This document shows, piece after piece, positions 1-10,992 of a stretch of DNA of 25,441 bases (position 1 is its first letter; each line of letters starts with the position of its first letter). A model generated the notes under the pieces. It was not told where the DNA came from. It saw nothing but the letters and a program-made list of their open reading frames with translations, and made no database searches. The DNA is taken from assembly GCF_000281045.1 (NCBI RefSeq), contig NW_008246112.1, forward strand, positions 476,333-501,773, read 5' to 3'. The translations under genes were made by a program, and so were the position numbers. The DNA comes from Saprolegnia diclina VS20 (taxonomy: Eukaryota).

Positions 1-1
1 G

Positions 2-1871
2 TCGCCGCTCGCGACGCACAACGCCGACTGCGGCAACTGCGACTTTCGCATCGGCAAGGTCCCTGCCAAGACGTTCTTGAATGGCTCGAGCCGGCCCATC
101 ACGCGCTTTCGCCTCGAGTACCCTCGCTACGGTACGCGATCTGCACGCATGCATGCCTCTGACGACGACGTAGTCGGCGACGACCGCGGCGACACGTTCA
201 AGCTCGCCAACGTCGACACGACCATTTACAACTGGACCGAGACGCCAGCGATGGGTTCGATTCCGCAGGTGCCGTCGACGTACGCGTACCTCTCGGGTCT
301 CTACGGCATCATGAACGAGCACCAAGTGTCGATCGGCGAGAGCACATGCGGCGGGAAGCTCGTGGCCGCGCCCGTCTCGGACGGCGGCAAAGCCCTCTTT
401 GACGTCTCGGAGCTGACAAACGTGGCCATGGAACGCGCGACGAATGCGCGGGAAGCGATTGCCCTCATGGGCCACCTCGCCGAGACGTTTGGGTACTACG
501 GCGCCGACTGGTCGAGCCCGAACGCGGTGCTCGAGGCTGGCGAAGCACTCGTTGTGGCCGACCCGATCGAAGCGTGGATCGTGCACTTTCACCCGGATGA
601 CACGGGCGCGTCCGCGGTCTGGGTCGCGCAGCGCATCCCTGATGGCCACATCACGGCGGTCGCCAACCAGTTTACCATCCGCGAGGTCAACTTGACCGAC
701 AGCGCCAACTTTATGGGCTCCACAAATATGGTCGACGTCGCGATTCGCGCCAAGCTGTACGACCCGTCGGTCAATGGCACCTTTGACTTCACCCGCGTGT
801 ACGCGCAGCCCATCACGCCAGACCAGTATTACGCCACGCGGCGCGTCTGGCGCGTCTTTACGCTCGCGAACCCGAGCCTCGATCTCTCGCCCTTGACCGA
901 TATCTACGCCTCAGACTATCCATTCTCGGTGCCAGTCGCATCGACCCTGGGCCCGCAAGATCTTATGCGCTACATGCGCGACCACTACGAAGGCACGCCG
1001 TTCGACATGACGCAGGGTCCGGCCGCAGGGCCGTACGGCAACCCGGACCGCTACGGTACATCATATTTGAGCGTTGAGTTTGCCTCTTGAGATTGAGTTT
1101 GCACTTGTAGACATCAACGGCAACGGCAACATGACGCGCGCCACCGCGATGACGGGCCATTTCGAGCGCGCGATCTCGATCTTCCGCACGAGCTTCTCGT
1201 TCGTCTCGGTGGCCGATAAGGCAGACCCGTCGCTCGGGCTCATCTGGTTTGGCCAGTACGGTCCGCACGCCACGTCATATGTGCCCATCTTTACACACGT
1301 GACCGAGGTCCCCAGCGAGTACGCGCGCGGGTCGCTGCACGCGTACGACATGGAGGCGTCGTTCTGGGCGTTTGCGATCGTCGGCAACTGGGCCTCGCGC
1401 TTCTACCTCTTTGCGCATCCGGTCGTGGCCGCGGTCCAAGACAAGCTCGAGAGTGCGGCGCGCGCGGCGTTGCCATCGATCCATTCGGAAGCCACGTCGC
1501 TTGCGTCGACCAAAGGCGACGACGCGCTCCGGGCGTACCTCACCTCACAGTCCAAGCAGCTCGCGACGACCACGCACAGCGCATTTGTGAATCTCTTTGG
1601 GACGCTCGTGACCACGTTCCACGATGGGTACATGATGCGCAACTTGACGGCCGGCACGCTCTCGGCGCAGTCGCTCTTCTACCCGCAATGGTGGCTCGAG
1701 AACGTCGGGTACTTTGCAGCGCACGACGACATGCCGACGTTCATCACGAGCAACGAAGGCGCGTCGACCATGTTTTTCATGGGCGTCTTCCTCCTCGGGT
1801 CCTTTGTCTGCCTCGCCATCGGGTTTGGCCTCGGCATGTACCGCCAGCGCGGCTACGTGCGTATCAACTAG
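2..1871 (+). CDS. Peptidase C69 / secernin-like Ntn-hydrolase, paralog 1 (5'-partial; introns 132-173 and 1056-1110; C-terminal TM + GYVRIN tail)
   Basis: Frame from base 2 reads SPLATHNADCGNCDFRIGKV. Family motifs YGIMNEHQVSIGESTC, W-V-A-Q-R-I-P-D and RDHYEGT are present. Removing two GT-AG introns restores PRY|VGD and DRY|DIN. A hydrophobic C-terminal segment precedes the stop at 1869-1871. Confidence 0.88.
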
Positions 1872-2049
1872 GACCAGCGATCAATACACCTGGCTTTTCT
1901 TTGCACAAAGCACGCGTCCGGAAGCTCCATTTCACGAGACTGTACTTTCAATGTATCAAGTGGTTTGCGCTAAAATGGCGCCGACTCAAATGCACGATGA
2001 GGCTATTTCGACCCAAACGTCGTGTTTGTTATTATTGCTACCCGTCTCG

Positions 2050-4178
2050 CTACTGCAGGTGGACGTAGCCGCGCTTAACGCGGTGGCTGCGACGGCCAAT
2101 GGCATACCCTAGTGCAACACTGCCAAGGGCGACGACGACGAGGACAAAGATCACGGCGCCCGAGACAACCTCTGAGCTTGGCACATCTGTGTTGCCGTCG
2201 TAGTACCCGACGCTCTCGAGGTACCACTTTGGGTATCCCATCGCGCGCACCGTCATGTCCTCTTGGTCAAAGGCGCTCATGATGTAGCCGTCGTGGAACG
2301 ACGTGACGAGCGTCGGCAAGAGCGCGTGGAACGCAGCGCGCGCCGCGTCCGTCCACGTTGTCGTCGCGTTGGTGAGGAAGGCGGCGGCGGCGGCGTGGCC
2401 CTGCGACGCCAAAAGCGCTTTGGCCTCGCGCTGGATACCAGTTTGCGCTACGAGCCAACAATCAAGAAAGTATCAATGTATCAGCGTACCGGCAAACGCG
2501 CTGGCTTCAAAGACGGCTTGAACGCTTGCGACGACCGGATGTGCAAACTTGTAGAAGCGACTCGCGTAGTTGCCGACGACAGCGTTGGCCCAAAAGGTGA
2601 AGCTCGGATCGTACTGCCGGAGCGTGCCCCGGGAGAGGCCGCGCGGGACCGCATCAATGTGCGCGTACACCGGTGCATACGCCGTGGCGTGCGGTGCATA
2701 GGGGCCAAACCTAGCCCGCGCATGACGATTCGGTCCAGCGCACAAGAGAATTAGTACCAAAAGAGACTCTGGATCGGATCTGCCGCGTCAGGTACCGTCA
2801 CGAACGTGTACGTGGCGCGGTAGATGCCGATCGAGCGCTCAAATTGGCCGCCTGCCGCGTCCGGGCCGACGCGGAAGCGATCGGGCGACCCGTACGGGCC
2901 CGCGCCCGGGCCTTGCGTCAAGTCAAACGGTGTGCCCTCGTAGTGGTCGCGCTGGATGCGCATGAGGTCTTGCGGCGACAAGGGCGTCTCGATCTACGAA
3001 TCACATCTTATCGCGAACCCACAGGAGGGCTAGGCTACCGGAATCGAGAACGGGTAGCTGCGCGAGTAGACGTCCGTGTACGGGCTGAGCGTGACGTTGG
3101 GATTCGCCAGCGAAAAGACGCGCCACACGCGCCGCGTGTAGCCGTACTGCTCGGGGTCGTGCTGCTGCAGCGCGTACGCGACGGTGAAGTCAAAGGCTTC
3201 GGTCCCGTCCCAAAACCCATTGCGACTCGCGACCTCCAGCATGTTGGACGACCCGAGAAAGTGCTTGCTGTCGCTCAAGTTGACGCTATGAATCACAAAC
3301 TGGTTGGCGATCGCCGTGATGTGGTCGTCGGGCACGCGCTGCGCGACCCACACCGCCGACGCGCCCGTGTCATCGGGCAGAATGTGAAACATCCACGCTT
3401 CGGTCGTGTCCGTGATCGTGAGCGCTTCGCCGGCCTCTTCGTACACGTCGTCGCCTTCCCACGATGCCCCATAGTACCTGCATGCGAGGATGAGACAGAT
3501 ATGATTCCAGCATCTTAGAGGGCTCTACCCGTAGGTCTCGGCCAGGTGGCCCATGAGCACAATGGCGTCGCGCGCCGTCGTCGTGCGCTCGAGCGCAATC
3601 CGCCCGAGCTCGGTGATATCCAAGAGCGCTTTCCCGCCATGAGACACGGGCTTGGCCCAGAGCTTGGCTCCGCACGTGCTCTCGCCCATGCTCAGCTGGT
3701 GCTCGTTCATGATGCCGTAGACGCCTTCGAAGTACCCGAACGTTGCGTTTGCTTGAGGAATGCGACCGATGGTCGGCGATGACGACCAGTTGTAGAAGGC
3801 CGTCTCGAGGTTTGCACGTGTGTATGCAGGCCCACGGTTCTCGCCAACTGGATGCAATCGATACGTGAGCAAGGGTGGTTGCAGAAAGGGTCGCACCATA
3901 GCGCGGGTACTCTTGGCGAAGCAGCGTCACGTCGCGCAGCGAGCCGGGCGTGTGGTTCATGGCTGGGATCTTGATCAAGCGAAAGTCGCAGTTGCCGCAG
4001 TCATTCGAGTGCGTCGTCATGGGCGCACCGGTCGTCGACGCCTGCGAATTTAGTTGGTCAATATGCCGCAGTACATAGACTGTACCTTGGCGCCGACGAG
4101 AATCGCAGTGCAGCGGTCGGGCTCGACGTAGCGCGCGGCGACGCCGGCGACGGCCACGACCACGGTGCTGAGGCGCAT
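2050..4178 (-). CDS. Peptidase C69 / secernin-like Ntn-hydrolase, paralog 2 (6 introns: 4085-4042, 3896-3848, 3528-3478, 3038-2994, 2757-2711, 2489-2448)
   Basis: ATG at 4178 gives MRLSTVVVAVAGVAARYVEPDRCTAILVGAK (signal peptide, then the candidate N-terminal Cys nucleophile). All six GT-AG introns restore an open frame collinear with the other paralogs. Ends in TM + KRGYVHLQ*. Confidence 0.88.
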
Positions 4179-4233
4179 CGGAGGTCTTTCGAAATGTTGC
4201 GTTCCGCCCGCCTGTCCAAAGATCGCGCGCATG

Positions 4234-4257
4234 GATTGGCTCATTTTGGTCCAATCA
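4234..4257. promoter_or_regulatory. Pair of oppositely oriented CCAAT boxes in the divergent promoter of C69 paralogs 2 and 3
   Basis: GATTGGC (4234-4240) and CCAATCA (4251-4257) lie in the 384 bp head-to-head intergenic region. CCAAT-type motifs are known oomycete promoter elements. Confidence 0.4.
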
Positions 4258-4562
4258 CGAAGCGTTCTCGAGGGCCATCACTGCCGTGCCAGCCGCGTCG
4301 GCTGCGTTCTCAGGACAAGGGGCAGTGTCCGGCGACGTGCTGAGCCCATGCCCATGCAGCGATAGCAGCTACACTAGCAGCTGTACTAGTAGGATCTAAC
4401 CAAGTGCCAGCAGAAGCCGTCGCCGTCGTGGTGAGCATCGGCAGAGAACGTCAAGTTGGTGCTTGCAGGCAGCTGCTGGCGTGTTCCGCTAGCTACTCTT
4501 GGGTGGCTCCTTCAACTTGGTTTTTCGAACGCGCATGCGTCATCGCTGAACCATTCCCAGAG

Positions 4563-6672
4563 ATGCGACTGCTCACGGCAAGTGCAACATCGCTTCTGCT
4601 GCTCGTTGCGGTGGCGGCCGAGAGCGACCGGTGTACGGCCATCATCGTCGGCGCCAACGTACGACGCCACTGCAACATAGACTCTGCTCACTGGCGAACG
4701 TAGGCGTCAACGACCGGCGCGCCCATGACGACGCAAACGGCCGACTGCAGCAACTGCGACTTTCGCTTGCTCAAGGTGCCTTCGCAGACGCACGCACCTG
4801 GCGCGATGCGCGATGTTGTCCTCGTCAAGCAGAGCTACCCGCGGTACGTCGGCGACGGCCACGGGCCCATGTACACACGGACCGCGCTGCTTGAAGACGA
4901 TCTGTACAACTGGACGGCCACGCCCGTGATCGGCCAGATCCCGGAAGTGCCCACGACGTTTGCGTACCTCGACGGCGTCTACGGCGTCATGAACGAGCAC
5001 CAAGTCGCGTTCGGCGAGAGCACGTGCGGCGCGCGGCTGTGGGCCAAGCCGCTCTCCCAGGGCGGCAGAGCGCTCTTTGACATCGTCGAGCTCTCGCGCG
5101 TAGCGATGGAACGCGCGCGTACGGCCCGCGAGGCCATCATGGTCATGGGCCACCTCGCCGAGACCTATGGGTACACTCCAAATGTCAAGATATCAACGTC
5201 ACCGTATACTAGGTACTATGGCTGCTCGTGGGAAGGCGACGACGTCTTTGCCGAGTCGGGCGAGACGCTCACCGTGACCGACACGACCGAAGCGTGGATC
5301 TTTCACATTTTGCCCGATGACACGGGCGCGTCGGCGGTCTGGGCCGCGCAGCGCGTACCGGACACGGACATTGCAGTTGTCGCCAACCAGTTTGTCATTC
5401 GGTCGGTCGACGTTAACGACAGCGCCAACTACCTCGCGTCAAGTAACATGTTGGACGTGGCGAAGCGCAACGGTTTCTGGGACGGCGACGACGTCGAGGA
5501 CTTTGACTTTACCGCGTCCTTCGCCATGGTCCGTGAGCATCCCAACCAATATTACTCGACCCGGCGCGTCTGGCGCGTGTTTACGCTCGCGAACCCGAGC
5601 CTCAGCCTCTCGCCCACGACCGACGTGTTTGCCTCCGACTACCCGCTCTCGACGCGGGTGCGTTCTCCAACCGAACAATAGATAGGACTCTGCCTTGGTG
5701 TAGCCGGCCATGCTGCTCGGCCCTGCCGACCTCATGCAGCTCCAGCGCGACCACTACGAAGGCACGGCGTACGACTTGACGACCGACAAGGCGTCCGGTC
5801 CGTATGGCAACCCCGACCGTTACTGTACGTAGACCCTACCCCGGACATCGAGACTCATGTCATTTTTGCTAGCCACCGGCGCGGCCGACGGGCAATTCGA
5901 GCGCGCCATCTCGCTCTTCCGAACAGCGTATTCGTATGTGACGCATGCAAGTGTGCTCGACCCTCGCCTCGGCGTCGTCTGGTAACAAAGCTAGCACAAT
6001 AGAACGCTAGAGACAATACTGGTAGGTTTGGCCCGTACGCCCCGCACGCTACGACGTACGTACCGATGTATGCTGCCGTCAAGGCGACGCCCGACGCCGC
6101 TGCGACCGGGTCCCTTCGGCGCTTTGACAATGCGACGCTGTTTTGGGCAAACGCGCTCGTCGGCAACTACGGAGGCATCTTTTTCAAGTTGACGTCGCCC
6201 GTCATTCGCGCGGCCAGCGGCGCGTACGAAGCCGCCGCGCTTGCTGGTACGACTCTCTTTGTTTGAAACGATTATGCAAGCCTATGTAGCCCACGCCGCT
6301 GTGACGGCGCACGTCGCGACGCTAAGTAACGCGGACGCCGTCACGTTCTTGACGCAGACCAGCGCGGACGCGACGACCCACGCGCTGGCGTCCGCGACGG
6401 CGCTCTTTACAACGCTCGTGACGCGCTTTCATGATGGCTACGTCGTCTCCAACACGACGGCCGACGAGATGAATATTGCGCCGATGGGGTATCCCCAGTG
6501 GTGGCTGCGCAGCGTCGGCTACTACGTCAACGACAGCAACGAGGTTCGGGTTGTCGTTGGCGCGCTCATGGGCGCGGCGCTCACGATCGTCGTGCTGGGT
6601 GTCGCGGCAGGTTTTGCTGTCGGGCGCTACGTGGCGCTCCAGCAGCCGTCCGTTCGCACAGTCAAGTACTGA
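4563..6672 (+). CDS. Peptidase C69 / secernin-like Ntn-hydrolase, paralog 3 (6 introns: 4659-4703, 5171-5212, 5658-5703, 5825-5872, 5982-6025, 6247-6289)
   Basis: ATG at 4563 gives MRLLTASATSLLLLVAVAAESDRCTAIIVGAN. Motifs GVMNEHQVAFGESTC, WAAQRVPD, QRDHYEG and FERAIS are present. GT-AG junctions restore the frame. C-terminal TM, then RYVALQQPSVRTVKY*. Confidence 0.88.
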
Positions 6673-7180
6673 TAATCAGTAGCGGTACATGTGAGTAGAA
6701 TCTTCAGTCGCCTCGTTCCTTCCTATAAGCTCCCACGACCGACTTCAAGTTGTTGATCCTTGGAACGAGACTGAGTACGTTCGTCGCACAGAAGACGACT
6801 TGGCCGTCGTGAGCCAGACCACAGTCCTAGGAACTCGGGCCCTCGGAGTCCTTGCGATACAAAGGATGCTCGATGACGGCGTTCGCCAAAGATCTGCGAC
6901 CTCACCCATTGTGAGCCACCAGTGCGGTGTCGATTGCAGTGTCGACGACCGCACTGCGGATGGGTGCGCAGCTGACGGCCTGTCCACCGCGATCCCCGCA
7001 ACGTCGCTGCAACTTTGGGTGCATAATGAACCCCTGGCTGCAACTTTCATGCAGTGAACGAAGCCGCAGGACAGTACGGTTCGTGCATGTACGTCATTCA
7101 CGTTCTGTGCAATCGTCGGCGGGTTGTTGTCGCTCGTGCTTGAGATCGCTCACAAATCATTTTTCCAGCCCAAGATCAAG

Positions 7181-7735
7181 ATGGCGTCGACCCAGCCCAA
7201 GACGTACCAATCAATCGACGAAAAGTCGCCGATCGTACCGCAAGGCCAAGAGGGGCAGTGGGCCACAGGTATCTTTGGCTGCTTTGCCAATATGGTGCCC
7301 AACTGCTGCATGGTGTTCTTCTGCCCGTGCGTCTCGCTCGCGCAGACCGTCCACCGCATCGGGCTGGCCTCGTACACGCGCGCTCTGCTCCTCTTTGGCG
7401 TCCTCATTCTCCTCGCCAACGTCCTTCCGACGGCCTTTCCGGACGTTGAGACCTGTCGCCTCGTGGACGGCCGCAATGAGTGCGAACTGCAATCGGCCTC
7501 GGGTTCGATCCTCCTCGCAGTGTTTTATCTCGTCCTTGCGGTTCTTATTGCGCACGTCCGCGCCAAGGTCCGCGCCCTCTTCAACATCGCCGGGTCCTTC
7601 TTCAATGACTGCGTCTGCGCGCTTTGCTGCGGCTTCTGCACGATCGCTCAAATGGCGACGCAAACAAACTCGTACACGCCCAACGCCTGCAACTTTGGGC
7701 CCAAGGACACGCTTGCCGGCTACACCACAGTCTAA
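7181..7735 (+). CDS. PLAC8-family Cys-rich membrane protein, copy A (intronless)
   Basis: ATG at 7181 (MASTQPK). W-x-T-G-I-F-G-C-F, CCMVFFCPC, R-x-K-V-R, and DCVCALCCGFCTIAQ match the PLAC8/DUF614 pattern. Confidence 0.88.
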   Translation: MASTQPKTYQSIDEKSPIVPQGQEGQWATGIFGCFANMVPNCCMVFFCPCVSLAQTVHRIGLASYTRALLLFGVLILLANVLPTAFPDVETCRLVDGRNECELQSASGSILLAVFYLVLAVLIAHVRAKVRALFNIAGSFFNDCVCALCCGFCTIAQMATQTNSYTPNACNFGPKDTLAGYTTV

Positions 7736-7936
7736 AACCCACCGCTTCCCTGGCGATAGGCTACCCTAATCAATACAGCCACTGTGTCAAGCCACAAGCC
7801 CTCGGGCGTCCGAAGACGTTGCGTCGGCTGTCGCACGCAAGAGATCGTAGGATGTAGCAGCTCCCTCTCGATCGTCCACCAAATAGAGTCGTGATCTTAA
7901 CACGAGGTGGGCGTGATGATGCTTTTCGTTACGCGC

Positions 7937-8605
7937 TTAGGCAAGGACGTAGCCGCGGAGCGTTTCCTTGGGCCCAAAGTTGCAGTCGTTGGGCGTATAC
8001 GAGTCGGTTTGCGTCGCCATTTGGGCGACCGAGCAGCAGCTGCAGAAGAAGGCGCAGAGGCAGTCTTCGCACGCGTTGCCCGGAATCTGGAACATGCCGC
8101 GGATTTTCATGCGCGCGAGCATGATGATCGCGATCGACACGATCGCGCACACAGACGAGATGTAGCCCCAGAAGGACATGGTCGTCGCGCAGAGAGCGAG
8201 GCCGCCGCTGTAGTACGTGCACGACGTGTTGCGAAAGTAGCTCGAGAAGCCGGTCGTGAGGTACGACGCGCCAAAGATGACCGCGAGCACGATGAGCGCA
8301 TTCGAGTACGTGTAGAGGCCGACGCGGTGGACGGTCTGGGCGAGCGAGACGCATGGGCACCAGTATGCCATGCAGCAGTTGGGCACGAGGTCCGTGAAGC
8401 AGCCGCAAATGTCGGCCTTCCAGCGACCGACGACGAGGCCGTTGTGGTCGACGGGCGCCGCCTGCATGACCACGGTCGGCTGCACAATGACGACCTGCGG
8501 CGCCGGCGCCGCAAAGACCACGTCCTTATCATAGTAGTTGGCGGCCACGGGCGTCGCGTCGACGGGCAGCGCGTCGGCAGGCTTGGTCGGCTCGGTGATG
8601 CTCAT
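7937..8605 (-). CDS. PLAC8-family Cys-rich membrane protein, copy B (intronless)
   Basis: ATG at 8605 (MSITEPTK). Motifs WKADICGCF, CCMAYWCPC, RMKIRGMFQIPG and EDCLCAFFCSCCSVAQ. Confidence 0.88.
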   Translation of the reverse strand: MSITEPTKPADALPVDATPVAANYYDKDVVFAAPAPQVVIVQPTVVMQAAPVDHNGLVVGRWKADICGCFTDLVPNCCMAYWCPCVSLAQTVHRVGLYTYSNALIVLAVIFGASYLTTGFSSYFRNTSCTYYSGGLALCATTMSFWGYISSVCAIVSIAIIMLARMKIRGMFQIPGNACEDCLCAFFCSCCSVAQMATQTDSYTPNDCNFGPKETLRGYVLA

Positions 8606-8617
8606 GCTAGCTGGTGC

Positions 8618-8634
8618 GGAAAAATGCAAACTGG
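8618..8634 (-). promoter_or_regulatory. Oomycete Inr/FPR-like core promoter of PLAC8 copy B
   Basis: Minus strand reads CCAGTTTGCATTTTTCC just upstream of the ATG, resembling the oomycete initiator plus flanking promoter region. Confidence 0.45.
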
Positions 8635-9498
8635 CGAGCACAAACTATGACGTGATGTTACTCACAACTCCCTTCTTGCGAATGCGAGGCCTCCTCCCGT
8701 TGTTATCCCTACAATATGCAAGTTGTTTGTTCACAGCAATACAGCGCGCATCAATTGGTTGTAAGGGAACAACCCAAACCACCCCACGTGGTGGACGTTA
8801 GCATAATATTATGGCATGTGGATTTGATGTTAGTATTGAATATTCAGATATACGTATTAAATTACTCTGGCACACAGAGGTCGTGCGTGGGCCCATCGTA
8901 ATGGCCGATCTGAGCTTGATGGCTGATGACGGCGCACGGAGCGGTACAAATGTGCCGATAGCCCATCCAATAAAGCTCATCCTTAGTAGTAGTCCTTGAC
9001 GCTGAACGGCTCCTGGCATGGTGGGCAGCAAGAGCTGGCGGCGGGTCATGTGATCGCTGGGGTGGTGCACATTCACTGCTTGGCCGACCGCGCTTCGTGG
9101 TTTCGAACGTCAGCACGAGAGACTAGAATTAATGACTGTCATCGCAGTCATGTCCAACGGACATAGACCTCTCAAGTGAGCGCTGCTCGAGTATTGCGCT
9201 GCTCCATGACCACGTCCGTGGCACCCACACTGGCGCCCTAACCCTCCTGTGCTGATAACGTTGCAGGCACTGGCAACGCACGTCGAGAGGGAGATGAGGT
9301 CGTTTCAGAGTTTTCTGCGGTCTGGCTGCTTCTGCTTCTACGTGTATTCCGGTAAAAAAGCTCCTGCCAGTATGACGACGTGCGCGAGATGGGAGCAGCC
9401 GTGCGTGCACATTGCACACCTCGAGCTGTGCTACTTCGACACCAAGCTCGCATTTTGAAACGAATTCGTACACAATTAGTTGGCTCGACAGTGAGAAG

Positions 9499-10122
9499 TT
9501 ATGCGTGGTACCCGGGCAGTGTGTCTTTCGGTCCGAACTCGCATTGTGCCGCAGTGTACGCATCCGTGTGCGTAGCGAGTTGCGCGAGCATGCAGCACGA
9601 GCAGAAGCACGCGCAGAGACAGTCTTCAATTGCGCTACCGGGAATCTGAAAGAGGCCGCGTACCCGCGTCCGAGTGTGCATGAGCAGCCCGCGCATACAG
9701 ACGGCCAAGAAGAGACTCACGGCCGGCCACGGGTTCCACGACGCCGTGCATGTGACGACGATGCCGTCATAGACGCAAGCTTGGTGCACAGACGACGAGA
9801 GCATCGTCGCAACGAGGTATGTGGCGTAGAGAATGCCGAACGCAATCAGCGTCGACGAGAACGAGTAGAGACCAAGTCGGTGGAGAACTTGGGCGAGCGA
9901 GATGCACGGACAGCAGGTCGCCATGAGGCAGTTGGGCACAAGGTCCGTGAAGCAGCCAAAGATGTCGGTCTTCCAGCGCCCGAGAAGGAGTCCGTTCATG
10001 TCCACGGCGCCGGCCATGGGCACCGACGCATCGTCCTCGAGGTGCGACATGGGTGGTGCAAAGGGGTCCATGACGGGGATGTACTCGAGCGGCGCCTTGA
10101 CAGAGCTCAGTGCAGGGCTCAT
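9499..10122 (-). CDS. PLAC8-family Cys-rich membrane protein, copy C (intronless)
   Basis: 207 aa ORF with WKTDIFGCF, CLMATCCPC, RTRVRGLFQIPG and EDCLCACFCSCCMLAQ. Confidence 0.88.
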   Translation of the reverse strand: MSPALSSVKAPLEYIPVMDPFAPPMSHLEDDASVPMAGAVDMNGLLLGRWKTDIFGCFTDLVPNCLMATCCPCISLAQVLHRLGLYSFSSTLIAFGILYATYLVATMLSSSVHQACVYDGIVVTCTASWNPWPAVSLFLAVCMRGLLMHTRTRVRGLFQIPGSAIEDCLCACFCSCCMLAQLATHTDAYTAAQCEFGPKDTLPGYHA

Positions 10123-10460
10123 CGTGGACGTGGTAGATTACTCAGTAGCGTAAGAGAGCTGGCGAGTTGTCTGTGCAAGGAACTTACTTGAAGCTGGGCC
10201 CACACGGTGAGGACGTACTGCCACAGTCTCTGCCGCGTGAGGAGATTCAGGAGCGTTCCATTCTATCAATGTATCAAACTATCAGCGAAGGGGCAGTGCT
10301 CATCGCCACCACGCAGCTTCTGCACCGACATATATGCATGTAGGTAGACGCTCTTGGGCTACGTCTTTCACAAGGATGCAAGTACACTTGAATGTACATC
10401 GGATCAAAACGTATCTAAATAAAAATATATGAAAAGATACAAAACATATCAGTCAAAAGC

Positions 10461-10879
10461 TCAGAGAACGTAGCCGACAAGCGTGTCCTTGAGACCAAAG
10501 TTGCAAATGTTGGGCGTGTACGAGTCGGTGTGCGACACCGGTTGGGCGATCGTGCAGCAGCTGCAAAAGCAGAGGCAGGCTTTGCACGCGTTGCCGGGAT
10601 TCGCAAACCTGCCGCGGACACCCGTCCGGACGTACATGACGACAAACGTGTACCGGTATATGGCCACGAGAGGGTGGAGGGTCTGGGCGAGCGAGATGCA
10701 CGGACAGCAGGTCGCCATGAGGCAGTTCGGGATCATGCCCGAAAAGCAGTAGAAGATGCCGGTCTTCGAGCGCCCGACGTCGAGCCGTTGGCATCGAGGC
10801 CTGCGTCCACAACGACGACGTTCATCGCGACGGCAGGCTTGACGAGGACGGCGTCGGCAACGGGTGCGTACTCGGTCAC
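10461..10879 (-). pseudogene. PLAC8-family pseudogene, copy D (5'-truncated, 1-nt frameshift near 10783, internal deletion of the TM hairpin)
   Basis: Starts abruptly at VTEYAPVADAVLV, matching internal copy E sequence near 11589, with no homologous start. GAGCCG versus GAGGCCG in E is a -1 frameshift. The conserved Trp codon is mutated. Most of the TM region between TLH and MYVRT is missing. The C-terminus SYTPNICNFGLKDTLVGYVL* is retained. Confidence 0.82.
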
Positions 10880-10992
10880 ATGAAAGATTCAAGTTGGAAT
10901 CGAGTATACTGAAGTGTGTCGTGCACACAATTGGGCATACCGTAAAATATATTGAAAATAAACAAAATATATTGGCCAGGACAAATGCACAA

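Noticed and set aside
77..6672. Apparent frameshifts and premature stops splitting the C69 ORFs (possible pseudogenes or programmed frameshifting)
   Set aside because: Every break is explained by a 42-55 nt GT-AG intron that restores the frame at a position shared with paralogs.
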